Below, one piece after another: positions 1 to 13,290 of a stretch of DNA of 64,000 nt. The stretch is taken from assembly GCF_018977255.1 (NCBI RefSeq), contig NW_024704742.1, positions 42,720,001 through 42,784,000 on the forward strand. The letters run 5' to 3'. The position numbers and the translations under genes are program-made. The stretch comes from Callorhinchus milii (lineage: Eukaryota). Within the stretch, counting starts at the first letter, position 1. Every line of letters begins with the position of its first letter. The notes below the pieces were generated by a model. That model made no database searches. It was not told where the DNA came from and saw only the letters and a program-made list of their open reading frames with translations.

Positions 1-1089
1 AAGGCTGCCTGTAGATAGAGATGGATGGATAAAAATTATAGGATTTCCTTTGGATGGTATTAGTGGCTCAACATTTCTCATGATCTTAGCTTTTAGGCCA
101 TTGTCTTAAGATTGGGCAGAATTCTTGAAAAATGTCCCAGATTCAACCTTAATTTAGAAACTGTTTTTCTGCAGTATGCAATGCAGTTCAAAAAGAACTC
201 CAGAAAATGGATTATTAACTAGCCAATGTTTCTCTTTCATGGTTTGACTGGTTTTGTGCTGGATGCCCTGGTGGGAAATGAGCACGCGGTACAGTCAATC
301 TGTAGGGTAAGCTTCTGACACCGTGGTCGTTACTGTATATCTCTGAGATCCAGCTCGGGCTCCTTCAACTTATGGTCAGGTCAGGTAAAACTTAAGAGGG
401 TAATCATCTGCCTGTTGGTAAATTTATAACCCTTGTCGGCACATGCAATTTCTAAATGCTCACCACCAAAATGGGTACATTTATTGTAAACTGAATAATA
501 ATCCTTGCATTTCTTAAATTTTTGTGTATTGCAAGCAGAGAATCACAGCTATAGTTTTGGATTTGGAAAATTCATAATTTAGAGTCAGACCATTAAAATC
601 TAAAACTAAATAAATGTGAACAATTATTGTAATTCAGAGGTAATGAACAACCACTGTCTTTAAGCATGAACTGAGACACCATGACAGACGTGATGAGTAA
701 CCTGCATTAATCACTTGACAAATACTTCTATCTTTGGCATCAAAGTAAAAACTTTTCTAAGATCACAATTGTTTAACTGTTTAGAAAAATACAAAAAAAA
801 TTCTGAGAAATGTTCTGTGCCACTTTAGGCTTCTAAATTTCAATGTGGGAAAGAGTTTGTAGTATGATACTATGTGCATGTACCCTATTGTTTGGAGACA
901 GCAAAGAGCTGCAGCTCTTAAGGTAAAGCATCACTTCACCAAGAAACTCAGAACATTTCTCACATTTCTAATTGGGCCACTATTTGCTACTGTTTGTTAT
1001 ATCAGGCCATTATTTGCTACTGGTTGGTATCTTTGTTGCTTGCTACAGGAAATTTAAAAATATTTCTTAATGTGCCAGCAATTGTAAAA

Positions 1090-1350
1090 TCAATGTCACA
1101 AGATAACAAGATGGGTCGAAGTGGCCCTACCAATCTCAACCCTCCAGAACATCCACCCTACCATCCCCACATCACTGCTTCAAGCTGCTTTTTAAATGAG
1201 CCTAGTGTCCTGGCCTCTACCACCTTTCCTGCAATCTGATCCAGTTGTTGATCATGAAGAAAAATTTCCTGGTATCATTCTTGAATTTACCCTTTAACCC
1301 TATGTATTCTTATCTCTAAACCTATGTCCTCTTGATCTGCTGTCTTAATG
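1090..1350 (-). mobile_element. Decayed CR1 LINE 3' end
   Basis: Resembles the reverse complement of the CR1 ORF2 C-terminus and 3'UTR (gtcctggcctctaccacctttcc...aatttcctgg...ccctatgtcctcttg). Confidence 0.5.
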
Positions 1351-1637
1351 CACCCTAAAATAGTGAGGTCAATGGAAGGGAAATGTGGTGGGGGTAGGGG
1401 TGAACGGGAGTTCAAAGACTGTCAGCAAACCACAAACAGGTTAGCAGGTTGAGTTAACACATTGCATACGTACACGTACTGAGAGAAATACAGATGTTTT
1501 TAACAATGTAAGTTACAACTAATAAAAAAAGGATCCTAGGCGACTATAATCGTTTACATTGGTTGATAATGACATATTTAAGGACACATGGTTCAACTCA
1601 TCTCACAAATTATGTCTACCCCACACATTAAACCCCC

Positions 1638-2000
1638 TAGATAGATAGGTAGGTAGGATAGATAGATAGATAGGATAGGTAGTAGGTAGGTAGGATAGAT
1701 AGATAGATAGATAGATAGATAGGTAGATAGGTAGATAGGTAGGTAGGTAGGTAGGTAGGTAGGTAGGTAGGTAGGTAGGTAGGTAGGTAGGTAGGTAGGT
1801 AGGTAGGTAGGTAGTTAGGTAGGTAGGTAGGTAGGTAGGTAGGTAGGTAGGTAGGTAGGTAGGTAGGTAGGTAGGTAGGTAGGTAGGTAGGTAGGTAGGT
1901 AGGTAGGTAGGTAGGTAGGTAGGTAGGTAGGTAGGTAGGTAGGTAGGTAGGTAGGTAGGTAGGTAGGTAGGTAGATAGATAGATAGATAGATAGATAGAA
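1638..2000. repeat. (TAGG)n/(TAGA)n tetranucleotide microsatellite
   Basis: Directly visible; it generates the spurious LPTY-repeat ORFs. Confidence 0.99.
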
Positions 2001-2421
2001 AGAAAAAAACAATCAATGCTCAATTGGGTCATAACGTTCCAAAATAAATAAGCAATGAAATGAGTAATGCTTCTGGGTATAATATGTAATATATATTGTT
2101 ATATACATTGGGTGTAATATAAGTGCCTAAAACATGATCCTCCACAGCAGTGACTTGAGAATTAGCTTTGTTGCTTTCTGAGATATTTACATCCTGGGAG
2201 TAAGTTAAAGGATTATTTTCTGAGTAGTCTGAACCTGACTTGCATTTTCTAAATATTCCTATGACTTGTTCTTTGAAATTGATATTAACAGCAGGAAGAA
2301 ATTAAACCATGTAGCTAGCAACTTCACTTGACAAAGCAATGCTAACAGATACTCACCACTCAGTTTATTTGAAAGAATGAATGAGTCGTTTCTGGTTTCT
2401 TTATACATTCCAAGTCCACTA

Positions 2422-2844
2422 AACAACAACAACAACAACAAGATTCCATTTATAGAGCGTCTTTCACGTCGGGAGGACGTCCCAAGGCGCTGTACAGTTG
2501 GGTCAGGACCCGAGCAGGGGGGAAATGGTCAGGGTGAGGGGAGGGAAGGGAGGGAGCGAGGAGGGGGTAGAGAGTCGAGAGGGGAGCTGAAGGCTCGGTC
2601 AAAGAGAAAGGTCTTGAGACCGGCTTTGAAGGAGGAAAGGGAGGAGGCGGCGAAGGCACTGGGGGATGGAGTTCCAGAGCCTATGGCCTGAGAGGCTGAA
2701 GGCCCGGCCAGCGATGGTAGGGCGGTTGGGGCGGGGAATGTGGAGCAGACCGGAGCCAGAGGAATAGAGGGTAAGGGCAGGTAGGTAGGGGGATAGTAGG
2801 TCGGAGAGGTAGGAGGGAGCAAGGCCGTGAATGGCCGTGAAAGT
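2422..2844 (-). mobile_element. Young L2 LINE 3' fragment
   Basis: (AAC)n tail on +; the minus frame gives FTAIHGLAPSYLSDLL...GRAFS...LWNSIP, the L2 ORF2 C-terminus; terminal stem-loop gggacgtcctcccgacgtg. Confidence 0.93.
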
Positions 2845-3581
2845 AGGATCGAAATAGTACTGAAGACACATTCATGATTTACTATCCCTTTCTTACATAA
2901 AGTACCTTAATGCATGTCCACAAAAGGGAAAGTGGGATCATTCAATGAGAAGGAGAAAATAGCATTGTTAAAGGAGCAGCCCTTTTACAAAATGCAGTAA
3001 CAGCACATATGATAAGGTCTTTCCTCCTGTGTTTATTCTGAGGGAAAGGAAACTGACTTATTTTGCTTACGAAATGCAACTATTGTACAAAAGAACACAT
3101 CCTGCCGTTGTATACTATTTATACATCAGTGGGTTTTGTTGTTTGAATTCAATTTCATTTTTGTTCAAAAAAAAGTAAAGTCACTTTAGTTTGTTTGATA
3201 CAGGTAAAATTTGTGAGAAGGGCTGCTCTTTCATGCCTCCTGGTGGCTCTTTCAAACATGGCAGAGAAGGCAACTTTGAGCATTCTGACCAATCACCTCC
3301 TCAGTTGCTGCAGATACAAGACTAGAAAAAGAGAATGTGGAAATGTACAACTTAAATACGCATATTCTTCAATAATAGAAAACTTTGCACATATGCACAT
3401 TCTTTCCACCCTATGAACTTGATTTTATTGTCTCTAGATTGCCACTTTGTAGTGCAAATTTGACAGGGGCGACTTTTATAGACTGTGGTTATTCGCTTTT
3501 GTGGACATGCATTAAGGTACTTTATGTAAGAAAGGGATAGTAAAGCATGAATGTGTCTTCAGTACTATTTCGTTGCTACTT
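2841..3581. repeat. 86-bp inverted duplication (arms 2841-2926 and 3496-3581)
   Basis: Manual reverse complement shows only about 3 mismatches between the arms. Confidence 0.95.
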
Positions 3582-3659
3582 CCAATTCGGGGTCCACAGC
3601 AATTGATGATTCAGGAGCAGTAATCCCGAATCATCTCAAGGCTTAACTAGGGAAACCCC

Positions 3660-4187
3660 CCAGAGATCATCCAGAACTCTGCAGCTAGTATCCTCTCCCG
3701 CACCAGGCTCCGTGAGCCCATCACCCCCACCCTCGCCTGGCTCCACTGGCTCCCCATCCCTCAGAGGATAAAATTAAAAATCCTCGTCCTCACTTTCAAG
3801 GCCCTCCATGGCCTTGCCCCCTCCTACATCTCTGACCTGCTGACTCCCTACCAACCTGCCCGCTCCCTCCATTCAGCGGGCTCCGGTCTGTTCCGTGTCT
3901 TCCTCCCAATACGCCCTACCATCGGCTGCCGGGCTTTCTGCCTCTCTGCCCCCACCCTTTGGAACTCCATTCCACAATCCCTTCGCCTCACTCCCTCTCT
4001 TACCTCCTTCAAGGCATGACTCAAGACTCTCCTTTTCGACCGAGCTGCCCTCCTACCCCCTCTGCCCTCCCACATCCCAACCCTCCCCCCACCATGCTCA
4101 GGTCCTGATCCTCGACTGTTCAGCGTCTTGGGATGTCCTCTCAATGTGAAAGACATTTTACAAATATAATTTTGTTGTTGCTGTTGT
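3660..4187 (+). mobile_element. L2 LINE 3' fragment
   Basis: IIQNSAA..HWLPI..KILVLTFKALHGLAP coding remnant; ends in a (GTT)n tail. Confidence 0.92.
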
Positions 4188-5444
4188 AATGTATAGAAAT
4201 GAATCTGATCAGAGCCAGCAAAGAAGCCTGAGATCTTCTTACCTGCACATCTTGGTGTAAACTCTGATGCCTTTACCCATTAGCCAATCAGAAGATGCCA
4301 AACATACTCGTTCTTTTATTTTATAATAGATAGAAGAATTCATATTAAAACATCTTGTAATTCAGGAAATTCTTGGAATACATACGTAATAGATTCATCA
4401 TTATCTGAAGAGCTCTGCCTAAACTATCCAGATTAATTCGTTCTCTTTTGGGGAGGCTGGCAATTCTCACCTTTGTCGATAGTCATATTTCTTGCCATCT
4501 CTAGGCAACTTATAGAATTAACAGTTAACATGTGCCAGTTTGATTCCTCCATCTCAATGGTCTTTGGGACAATTTTTCATTATTTCAGACAATTGGATAA
4601 AGTCATTGCTTTAGAGAAATATGATTTAAGCAATTATTACAAGATTATTATCAAATCCAACTCTGCACAAAGTAAAAGCCAATTTTGTGGATAATGCACA
4701 CCTAAAATAGAAAAGTCATCAAATTCAACATCCAAGAAATATAAATTTAAAACTTATTTGCTTAGGAATCAATGTGAAATGTCAAAATATGGAAATAAAT
4801 AACATAATGTCCCATTTGAAACACCAGTAATTGTTTTGGCTGGAAAATCATAAAAGCTATTTTATATTTGCATTGGATTGTTTTCCTATTTGAACAACAT
4901 TTTTTTTATAGTGGAGACGGAAAATCGGTGCAACCAAAGAAAAGATAATGAAAATCCTTTCAGATTAATGACTGCGAACAATTCCATTAGACAATTTCTT
5001 CCCCACTATTCCACTGCTCTCCAGGGCTGAAACCACCACCAAAAATAACTTGCATTTATATATCGCCCTTCACACTGGATAACGTGAAAACTAAGTGAAA
5101 ATCATACCAATTGCTCTCAAGCATGTATGTCTTAGTGCTACAGCGAGCATTTTCTTTTCTCACAAGGTCATCAAGGGAATCAAACAAAACTTTTTAATGC
5201 ATACATGGATGACTTTAAGATAAAACAGCTTGTAATTCAGAAAGAGTTGGGAATGCACAACAGATCAATCGTCATCTGAAATCAAAAATAGTTTAAGATT
5301 TTAATGTGACCCTTTACTTTAATCCAAATGGTGATCCTCTTTGAGATACCAACCAACTTTCAGTTCATTTCTAATATGTTCTAGTTTTATTTCAGAGTTC
5401 CAGTTTATTTTTCTTTAATTTATAAATTACAGTATAACAGAGCT

Positions 5445-5490
5445 CATGGTGATGGGTTTCCGCATGTTTCAGACACCCAGCCTACCACGA
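5445..5490 (+). mobile_element. Short 3' remnant of the unclassified poly(A) retroposon
   Basis: catggtgatgggtttccgcatgtttcagacacccagcc matches the terminus of the 30690-31272 element. Confidence 0.6.
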
Positions 5491-5850
5491 CAAAAGTGCA
5501 ACTTCCTGCTAAATCACCAATCTTCTTCAGAAACTGAAAAATATTATCAACGGAACCCAGATTTGTAAGCTAAAAACAACTCACTTTGTTTGCTAGATTG
5601 AAAAAGATCATAAAACAAGCACAAACTAGTAATAAATAATCACACAAGAAAATATTTACAAGTATTTGAAGAAAATACGTCATTCAACAGTCTGAAGTTA
5701 TTTACTGTCCTTACAGATATAGTAGTGGGTAATAACCTTGGCTCTTTTTGATATTGAAAGATTGCTCAGGAAATTCAGTACATTTGCTCATTGTAGACTT
5801 GCTGGTGCGTATTGTTAATGGAGATTTCTCACCAATTCATTCATTCAGAT

Positions 5851-6200
5851 GGAGTGTTAGCCTCGCTCAGTCAGTAGCACTATGCCTCTGAGTCATAAGG
5901 TTGTAGGTTGAAGCCCCACATTGGGACTTTGAACTCACAGTCCAAGCTGACACTCCAGTGCTGTGCTGGGAGCCCATTGTAATTTCAGAGAAGCCATCAT
6001 TGTTAAATCAACCTCCCGTTGTGATCAAATGGCACTATTCAAAAAGAGAAGGGAGTTTCTCCTGATGTCCTGGCCATTAATCCCCCGGATAAAATTAACA
6101 CAGTCCCTGCACTTCATAGCAAATCCTTTGAACTGCTTTCAGCTGTCCTCCTGACATGAAAAATGCAATATCAAATGCAAGGATTATTATTATTATTATA
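5851..6200 (+). mobile_element. Old tRNA-derived Deu-type SINE (SacSINE1-like)
   Basis: tRNA-like head (gctcagtcagtagcac..ctctgagtca..ggttgaagcccc), body ggcactattcaaaaagag, (TAT)n tail. Confidence 0.85.
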
Positions 6201-6825
6201 AGCAATAACTAATTGTGCAATATAAAATGGGAGCTTTTGTGCCCCGAGCCTCCTTATTGGTAAAATTGCTCAGAACAAAAAAAATCATCCTAAATTGTAC
6301 CTTTTTAAGCTGTATAAGACTTTGATTTCAAATACATCTCTTTGAGAAACGCATTTCAAAAGGCCCTTTAATGAACCTGATCTGACTAAAGCAATAGTCA
6401 AAAGCAAGTGGTGACGTACTAGACAACACCCAGATTAAAGCATCGGAGCATACCTGAAGCACATTAAAACATAATATAACACATGATTGTAAATAAAGCC
6501 AGTCATTGCCTCGGTCCCTGAGATGTTAACTCTGCACAGTCTGGAAAGATGCTGCCTTGTACAATTTTAAACTAAAGCATTTGAAAACAGCCACAAGTCC
6601 TGTTTCATCTCAAATTAAAACGTTAAAGGGAAAAGTAATACAGTGTTAAATGGTTCACTAGTCTTCATCAATGTCAGACACAGAGCACTTATCTAAATGC
6701 GCTTAACTAATAACATGATACACATGATTGGTTTAACCCTTAGATTGCTTAAACCCTTAGACTACTTGTATCCTTGGATTTGTAGGTGTTTGCGTATAAA
6801 TTGCACAGTCACTACACTTTATATG

Positions 6826-7306
6826 ATAATAAATAATCCTTGCATATCATATAGCACCTTATCACATCATTGAGACATCTAAAAGGGCATCACAGGATAT
6901 CCTCTAAAGTGGTGTGTCTATGTATATTTGTGGGCAAATGCAGCAGACAATTTGCGCGCAGCAATGTCCCACAAATAGCCAAGGAATGAATGAGCAATTT
7001 TATTTGGTGGATTGTTGGGCAGGACGCCAGGAGAAATTCCCTCACCTTCCGAATAGTATCATGGGATCTTTAATGTCTCCCCAAACAGCTGACAGGACCT
7101 CAGTTTAACATCCCAACCACAGGATAACCTCTTTGGCATTGCAACACAACCACAGCATTGCATTCGAGTTACATCTTAGACTACACAAGTTCCAAGACCC
7201 AATGTGGGGTTTGAATGCAGAACCTTCTGACTCAGAGGCGAGTTGGGCCACTAACCGAGCTAGGATGACACTATTACCATTTAACACAGTACAAGGAAAG
7301 CTTCTT
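6826..7306 (-). mobile_element. SacSINE1-like SINE with an extra 5' leader
   Basis: Tail, Deu core (gcgcgcagcaatgtcccacaaa) and head on the minus strand; the 36-bp leader is shared with 13091-13126. Confidence 0.85.
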
Positions 7307-7321
7307 CCTCCTTGTTCCCAC

Positions 7322-9305
7322 AACAACAACAAAATGACATTTATAGAGCGCCTTTCATGTCGGGAGGACGTCCCAAAGCGCTGAACGGTCAGGTGTCGGG
7401 GCTGGAGCATGGGAGAGGGGTGGAGTAGGGGTGAGGGAAGGCAGAGAGGTGGGAGGGAGACCAAAGGCATGATCGAAGAGAAGAGTCTTGAGACCGGCCT
7501 TTGGCCTTGAAGGAGGCAAGGGAGGAAGAGAGGTGAAGGGACCGTGGGATGAAGTTCCAGAGTGTGGGGTCAGAGACTCTGAAAGCCCAGCCACCGATCA
7601 TAGGGCTGGTCGGGTGGGTGACATGGAGCAGACCGGAGCCCGCTGAATGGGGGGAGTGGGCAGGTTGGTAGTGAGTCAGCAATTCAGAGAGGTAGGAGGG
7701 GGCAAGGCCATGGATGGCCTTGAAAGTGAGGATGAGGATCTTGAATTCGAAACTCTGGGGGATAGGGAGCCAGTGGAGTCGGGCGAGGATGGGAGTGATG
7801 GGGTCACGCAGCCTGGTTTTGGATGATCTGCAGCTTGTGAAGGGAAGAGTTGGGAAGGCCGATGAGGAGGGAGTTCCCGTAATCAAGCCTTGAGGTGACG
7901 AATGCGTGGGTGAGGGTTTCGGCAGCCTGAGGGGTGAGGCAGTGGCAGAGTCTGGCAATGTTGCGGAGGTGGTGGTAGGCAGTGCAGGTCATGGCGCGGA
8001 TGTGGGGGAGAAAGGACAGTTCAGGGTCAAACAAGATACCCAGGTTCCTGACTGGCTTAGTGAGGTTGAGTGTGCAGCCGTGGAGGCTGATGCTGCCAGC
8101 GCCCGAGGTGCGGAGGTGCTGGTGTGAGCCAATCAGGAGGGCCTCGATCTTGTTGATATTGAGTTGGAGAAAGTTGACCCTCATCCAGGACTTGATGTCG
8201 GACAGGCAGTTGGTCAGGACGCCAGTAATCCTGGAGTTGAGGGTGGAGGCAGAGAGGTAGAGTTGGGTGTCATCCGCATACATGTGGAAATTTACCCCAT
8301 GTCTGCGGATGACATCACCAAGGGGGAGCATGTAGAGGGTGAAGAGGAGAGGACCAAGGACGGAGCCCTGAGGAACACCACACGAGACGGTGCGAGGGTT
8401 GGAGGAGAAGCCATTTGCCGTGACGAAGTGGAGGCAGTGTGAAAGGTAGGACCTAAACTAGTCAAGGACAGAACCTTGAAGGTTGAGGTGGGAGGAGAGG
8501 CGGTGGAGGAGGATTGAGTGGTCCACGGTGTGAAAGGCGGCGGAAAGGTCCAGGAGGATGAGAAGCCAGAGGGAGCCCTGGTCACACATGGTCAGGATGT
8601 CGTTTGTGACCTTGACCATGCTGTGGGCAGCACAGAAACCCGATTGGAGGGGTTCATGGAGGGAGTGGGAGGAGAGAAAAGAGCGAAGCTGGACGGCAAT
8701 GGCTCTCTCAAGGACCTTCGATAGGAAGGGGAGATTTGAGATGGGCCGGTATATAGATGGCTGTGATGGGTCGAGGGAAGGTTTCTTCAAGGTGGGGCTG
8801 ATAGTGGCTGTTTTGAGGGGGGAAGGAACAGTGCCAGATGACAGGGAGAGGTTAATGATGTCGGCGAGTAGTGGGACAAGGAGGTGGAGCTGGGATTTAA
8901 GGAGAGGGGTGGAGATGGGTCCAGGGAACAGGTGGTGGGCTTCATGGAGGTTACCGTGTTGAAGACAGAGGAGGGGGTGACAGGTTCAAAGGTGTGGAAG
9001 GAGGGATGGGTAATTGTCGGATGGGTAATTGTGTGGGGTGGGGGTAGGGAGGGGTTGGAAGTTGGGAGGGCAGTGGCAGCTGAGCAGATTCTCTCAATTT
9101 TGGACTCAAGGAAGTCCAGCATTGTCTCGCAGTGAAAGTCAGAGGAAAGTATCTGTGAGGCGTGTCGTGGAGGAGCCGGTTAGTGATGGAGAATAGGAGC
9201 TTGGGATTGCCTTCTGCGTCCAGGATTAACCTGGAACAGAAAGATGATTTGGCTGAGGCGAGAGCGGAGCGGTAGTTCTTGATGAGGTCCAGCCAGATGT
9301 TGCGG
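7322..9305 (-). mobile_element. L2 LINE, ~2 kb 5'-truncated, with a disrupted reverse transcriptase
   Basis: ORF pieces [46 protein letters not shown]; several frameshifts; (AAC)n tail. Confidence 0.97.
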
Positions 9306-9339
9306 TATATATTTATACAGCGGTATATAAATAGATGCA

Positions 9340-10790
9340 TATTTTGGAGTTAGAAGCAAGTTATCAAAACAATGATTGAGTGAAAAGCAGTGTTAAAGTG
9401 TATTTTTCAGTCAGTGAGAAGCTAGAAAGGTAATGATTAATAGGGGAATTTTGTAATGTGGCAGAGCAGTTAGTGTCAAGCAAACATCTTTCTTGGATGC
9501 CAACAGGAAAACAGTCCCAATGAGTGAGTAAATTTGTCAGTGGTACATAAAGTGTTAAAATAAGAGAATGCATATTCCAAGCCTTTAAGAGAGCCTGTCT
9601 CAGGATTGTCGAGGAGAAGCATCGAGGAGAAGCAATGTGGGAAGCATTTAGTGGGAACAGAAGGAAGTCGAAAATAAGGTAAAAAAAGAAATATGGTAAT
9701 TTCCAAGCACTGTTTTAATGACATGAAACTGAAATCCATCATTTGGAGAAAAGGAGGAAACATAGGAGGGACCACAGAGGTCGAATAAAGAAGTCAAACA
9801 TAACCTAAAGACTAATAAGAATTATTGTCAAAACTACAAAGAAATATAAAAATCGCAAGTCAGGGTGCCATCAAATGACTGGTGAGCACAATTAAAATGA
9901 TTATTCTGAGGAAGAGAAAATAGAAAGGCAGATTATAAGTAGCTGCAAGACAGCAACAAAGAAATCACTTAGCAATGTAAGATGTAAGTCGTGTTAAAAG
10001 AACAGATAGATCCTTAAGGGATGAGCTCAATAGTAATATAAAGTGGTATTAGGAAATGACAGATGTGTTAAATTAATTCTTCATACTGCTGTTTCTTCAT
10101 GCTGCTGTTCACAAATGGATTTAAATGTGGAATAATGTAAGGTAATGCACATCAGCAAGAGAAATATGAAACGTGTCGAGAACAAATAGTGTTCATTTAT
10201 GAATTATTGACCATTCGCTAAGAGTATCCAGTGAACGTACATCTGTTATCAACAAAACTGATTAGGTGTTATTACGGATACACTGTAATTACATTTAATG
10301 TGTTCAAACAGATCATTTTAACCCCATGTAACCCGTTTGTAACTTATTACAAAAGCCACAGTTAGAATATTGTGTGTAATTGTTGATATCATGCACACCA
10401 AATAAATTGATGGATTGGAGAGGATCCAAAATGAGCAACAGAGATAATTCTGAGAATTAAAACCACAAGATATGAAGGACTGTTTAACGAAATGCACAAA
10501 TAATCATTGGAATAAGTTTGGATCTGATCATGGACTTCAATGTGGTTTCTTTCCAATGACGTAGGTAACACACCTCAACAATAAATTAGTTTTAAAAATA
10601 ATCTATATTAATATTTGATTAAATAAATTAATAAATAATCATGCATTTACAGAATTATTTATTATTATTAATAAAAACTTTTGGAGCGCAGCAGTCTGGA
10701 ATGGTGCAATCCTTCCCAGAAATATATTTCAACAAGGAGAAGCAACACGGTCCTGTTGGGAAAGAAAAGTGCACCATTTATAGTCTGGAT
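9340..10790 (+). mobile_element. Highly decayed CR1 LINE fragments (endonuclease region, RT C-terminus, 3' region)
   Basis: Remnants such as gaagcaatgtgggaag (EAIW), atggatttaaatgtggaataatgtaaggtaatgcac (FNVEKCKVMH-like) and tggaatggtgcaatccttccc. Confidence 0.65.
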
Positions 10791-12129
10791 TACTTTCTCA
10801 GTGCAGCAGAGAACAGTCCTGGACTCTTGGCAATACATTTGCTTTTAGTATCTTACTGAAATTAACAATTTATGTTGAACTTTGACATTCCACCACTCGT
10901 AAAGATACAGCTCCTTATTACGTTGTCGATATGTCTCAAAGCATTGTAAGGTATATTGTCTAGATACATGCAGAGGATTGACTACAGATGGAATTTTATA
11001 AGAGTTAATTTAGCTCTTTATTGTACACTATGTTGCTCGAGGCATGGGGATGTTACTGGTAATGCACAACTGGTCAGGGCCAGGGAATAATTTCAGAGTT
11101 ATATCTTGTTAGTTTAACCTATGATTGCTCATCTCCAACAATAGATTAAGGCAGATGACACCTCAGTTTTAACATCTCAACTGTGCTGTCTTTCAAGATT
11201 TTGCCAAGAAAACATTTATACATTCACTATTTTAAAATTTTGGATCCAGAATCGTAAAGTTTGGTGCAGGATCATTCAGGAAAATTGCAGATCTCAGTCT
11301 GAATTGGATTCAGACTCGCTGAAGTATGTGGATCATTAATCTTATCCTGCGTCTATATCCACAGCATGAAACTGAGTACTCCATATAAATTACCACATTA
11401 ATGGTAGAATATAAACAGTTGCAATTACCACCAATGCTAATACCACTAATAATGAATATAAAATGAAGTCCCAGGGCTATTTGTGTCTCTTTTCCCCTTG
11501 AAGCAGAGTGCAGAAAACCCACAACGATGTATAATTCTCCTATTACCCTTAACCACAAAAAAATCCTTGAATGACATTTCATTACATACAAAGAAACCTC
11601 TCCGACATGTAGTTTCTTAGTATTTTAACTAGCTGTAGGAAGGCTCCTGATATCATCACTTTAATATACGGTTATTTACAAGTTATTAAAAAGCAATCCA
11701 TGGTTACTGTGAATTCTTGACAGAAAATCTTTCTGAAGCCTGCAGATAAAATGATCAACTGGATTATTGCAAGGGACTGGATAGAGAAGCAGAGTGCAGT
11801 GCTTTTTAAAAAAAATCTAAATGTTTCCCTGAAATGTAGTGAGTTGAAGCCACCTAAATTAACAGTAAATCAATTGGGTGAATAGTGTTGAGGATCCCTC
11901 TGTCGCTGTATTTTTAGCACAATGATATTAAGGTTTATCACTGGACTTGCTAGCATTTGTTCTAATCACCCTGACTGAATCTTGCAGTTAAATCAATGAA
12001 AGTTAACAGGCAGAAATATTAGAAAACTCCAATATTACTATTATATTAATGTGCTAAAAATAGAGTGATCAAATTACGTACATGCTAGAACTTCAAAATC
12101 AGTATGTCTAACTGTTATTTAAGCCTCAC

Positions 12130-12370
12130 TGTTGTTCACGTCTAACCAGAGGAGGCATAGTGAACAAGAATATTTTACAATAAGGCAGTTGCTAGTTGCT
12201 GTGACCTGACAAGTAAGGACTAGAAAATCCAAAGATAAGTATTTCAAAGCTAAAAAGGCACAATGACTGAAGTATGTGTCGGAGTATTATAATTTTGTAC
12301 AGGTACTGAGACATTGTTAGAAGATTCAGCAAACTTGGATGGGCTTATCGTTCCTCTTTTCCTCAACAAT
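12130..12370 (+). mobile_element. Decayed CR1 3' end
   Basis: accagaggaggcatag...ttttacaataaggcagtt...gatgggcttatcgttcctctttt, a CR1 3'UTR-like pattern. Confidence 0.5.
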
Positions 12371-12478
12371 TTATGCGTGTCATTGCCCTTATGGATCTCA
12401 AAGAATCCATATGTGTCTTCCTACACAAATGTGTGTGTCACTCCCTTCTTGCTGCTCCTTCACACAGGAACCTGGAAT

Positions 12479-13290
12479 TGTGTTCAGCCTGGCACAGTGG
12501 CAGCACTGTCGCCTCTGAATCAGAAGGTTGTAGGTTAAAGCCCCACATAGACTAAGATGACACTCCAATGTGGTGCTGGGGAGTGTCACATCTTCGGAGG
12601 TGCCGTCCTTCGGATGAAATGTTAAACCGCAGTCTCTCGAGGTCCTTGTACAGCTGGAAGTTAAAGATTCCTTGGCACGATTCAAAAAGAGGAGGGAGTT
12701 TATCCTAGTGTTCTGGCCAACAAATCGCTCAGATAAAATTGCTCACTCACTCCATGGTTATTTGTGGGATATTGCTGTGTGTAATTGGCTGCCTGGAAAG
12801 TCTGCCAGACAGTAATATCAGTGTCAAGCTATGGGGATTAAGCTGATTAGACTCCAACAGTACCCCAAAGCACACTCTAGGGTCCCCAAGCCTTGGCTCT
12901 TGCCAACTTGTGCCTAATACTTTCTGGAATTAGGCAAGCAGGCTAGGTCCCTCCAGGGAGAGAGTGTGCATCCCATTCCAACAAGTTATCTCTGGAATTC
13001 TCAGTTTGGTTTGGATACTCTTAAGCATGGTGAACCCACAACCCTCTGACTCAGAGGTGAGTGGGGACACTAACTGAGACAGGCTGACACTATGACCATC
13101 TAGCACAATACGAAGAAAGTTTCTTCTGCTGCGTGTGTCAGACACCCAGCTGCCCAAAACTAAAACACCCACAAAATACATAGTCAATCCTCTTCATGGT
13201 ATATCGTGTGAAGAGCCTTGAGATGCCTTGACGATGTGTAAGGCACTATGTAAAATCCAAGGACTATTATTTATTATTATTAATAATAAC
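12479..13290 (+). mobile_element. SacSINE1-like SINE split by nested insertions
   Basis: Head and body at 12479-12793; tail resumes ~13165-13290 ending in (TAT)n. Confidence 0.85.
12795..13165 (+). mobile_element. Unclassified poly(A) retroposon copy, itself interrupted by a minus-strand SINE head (~13033-13128)
   Basis: Aligns by eye to the reverse complement of 30698-31000; ends gtcagacacccagctgccc plus an A-rich tail. Confidence 0.85.

Noticed and set aside
1603..2032. LPTY-repeat ORFs
   Set aside because: They are translations of the (TAGG)n microsatellite.
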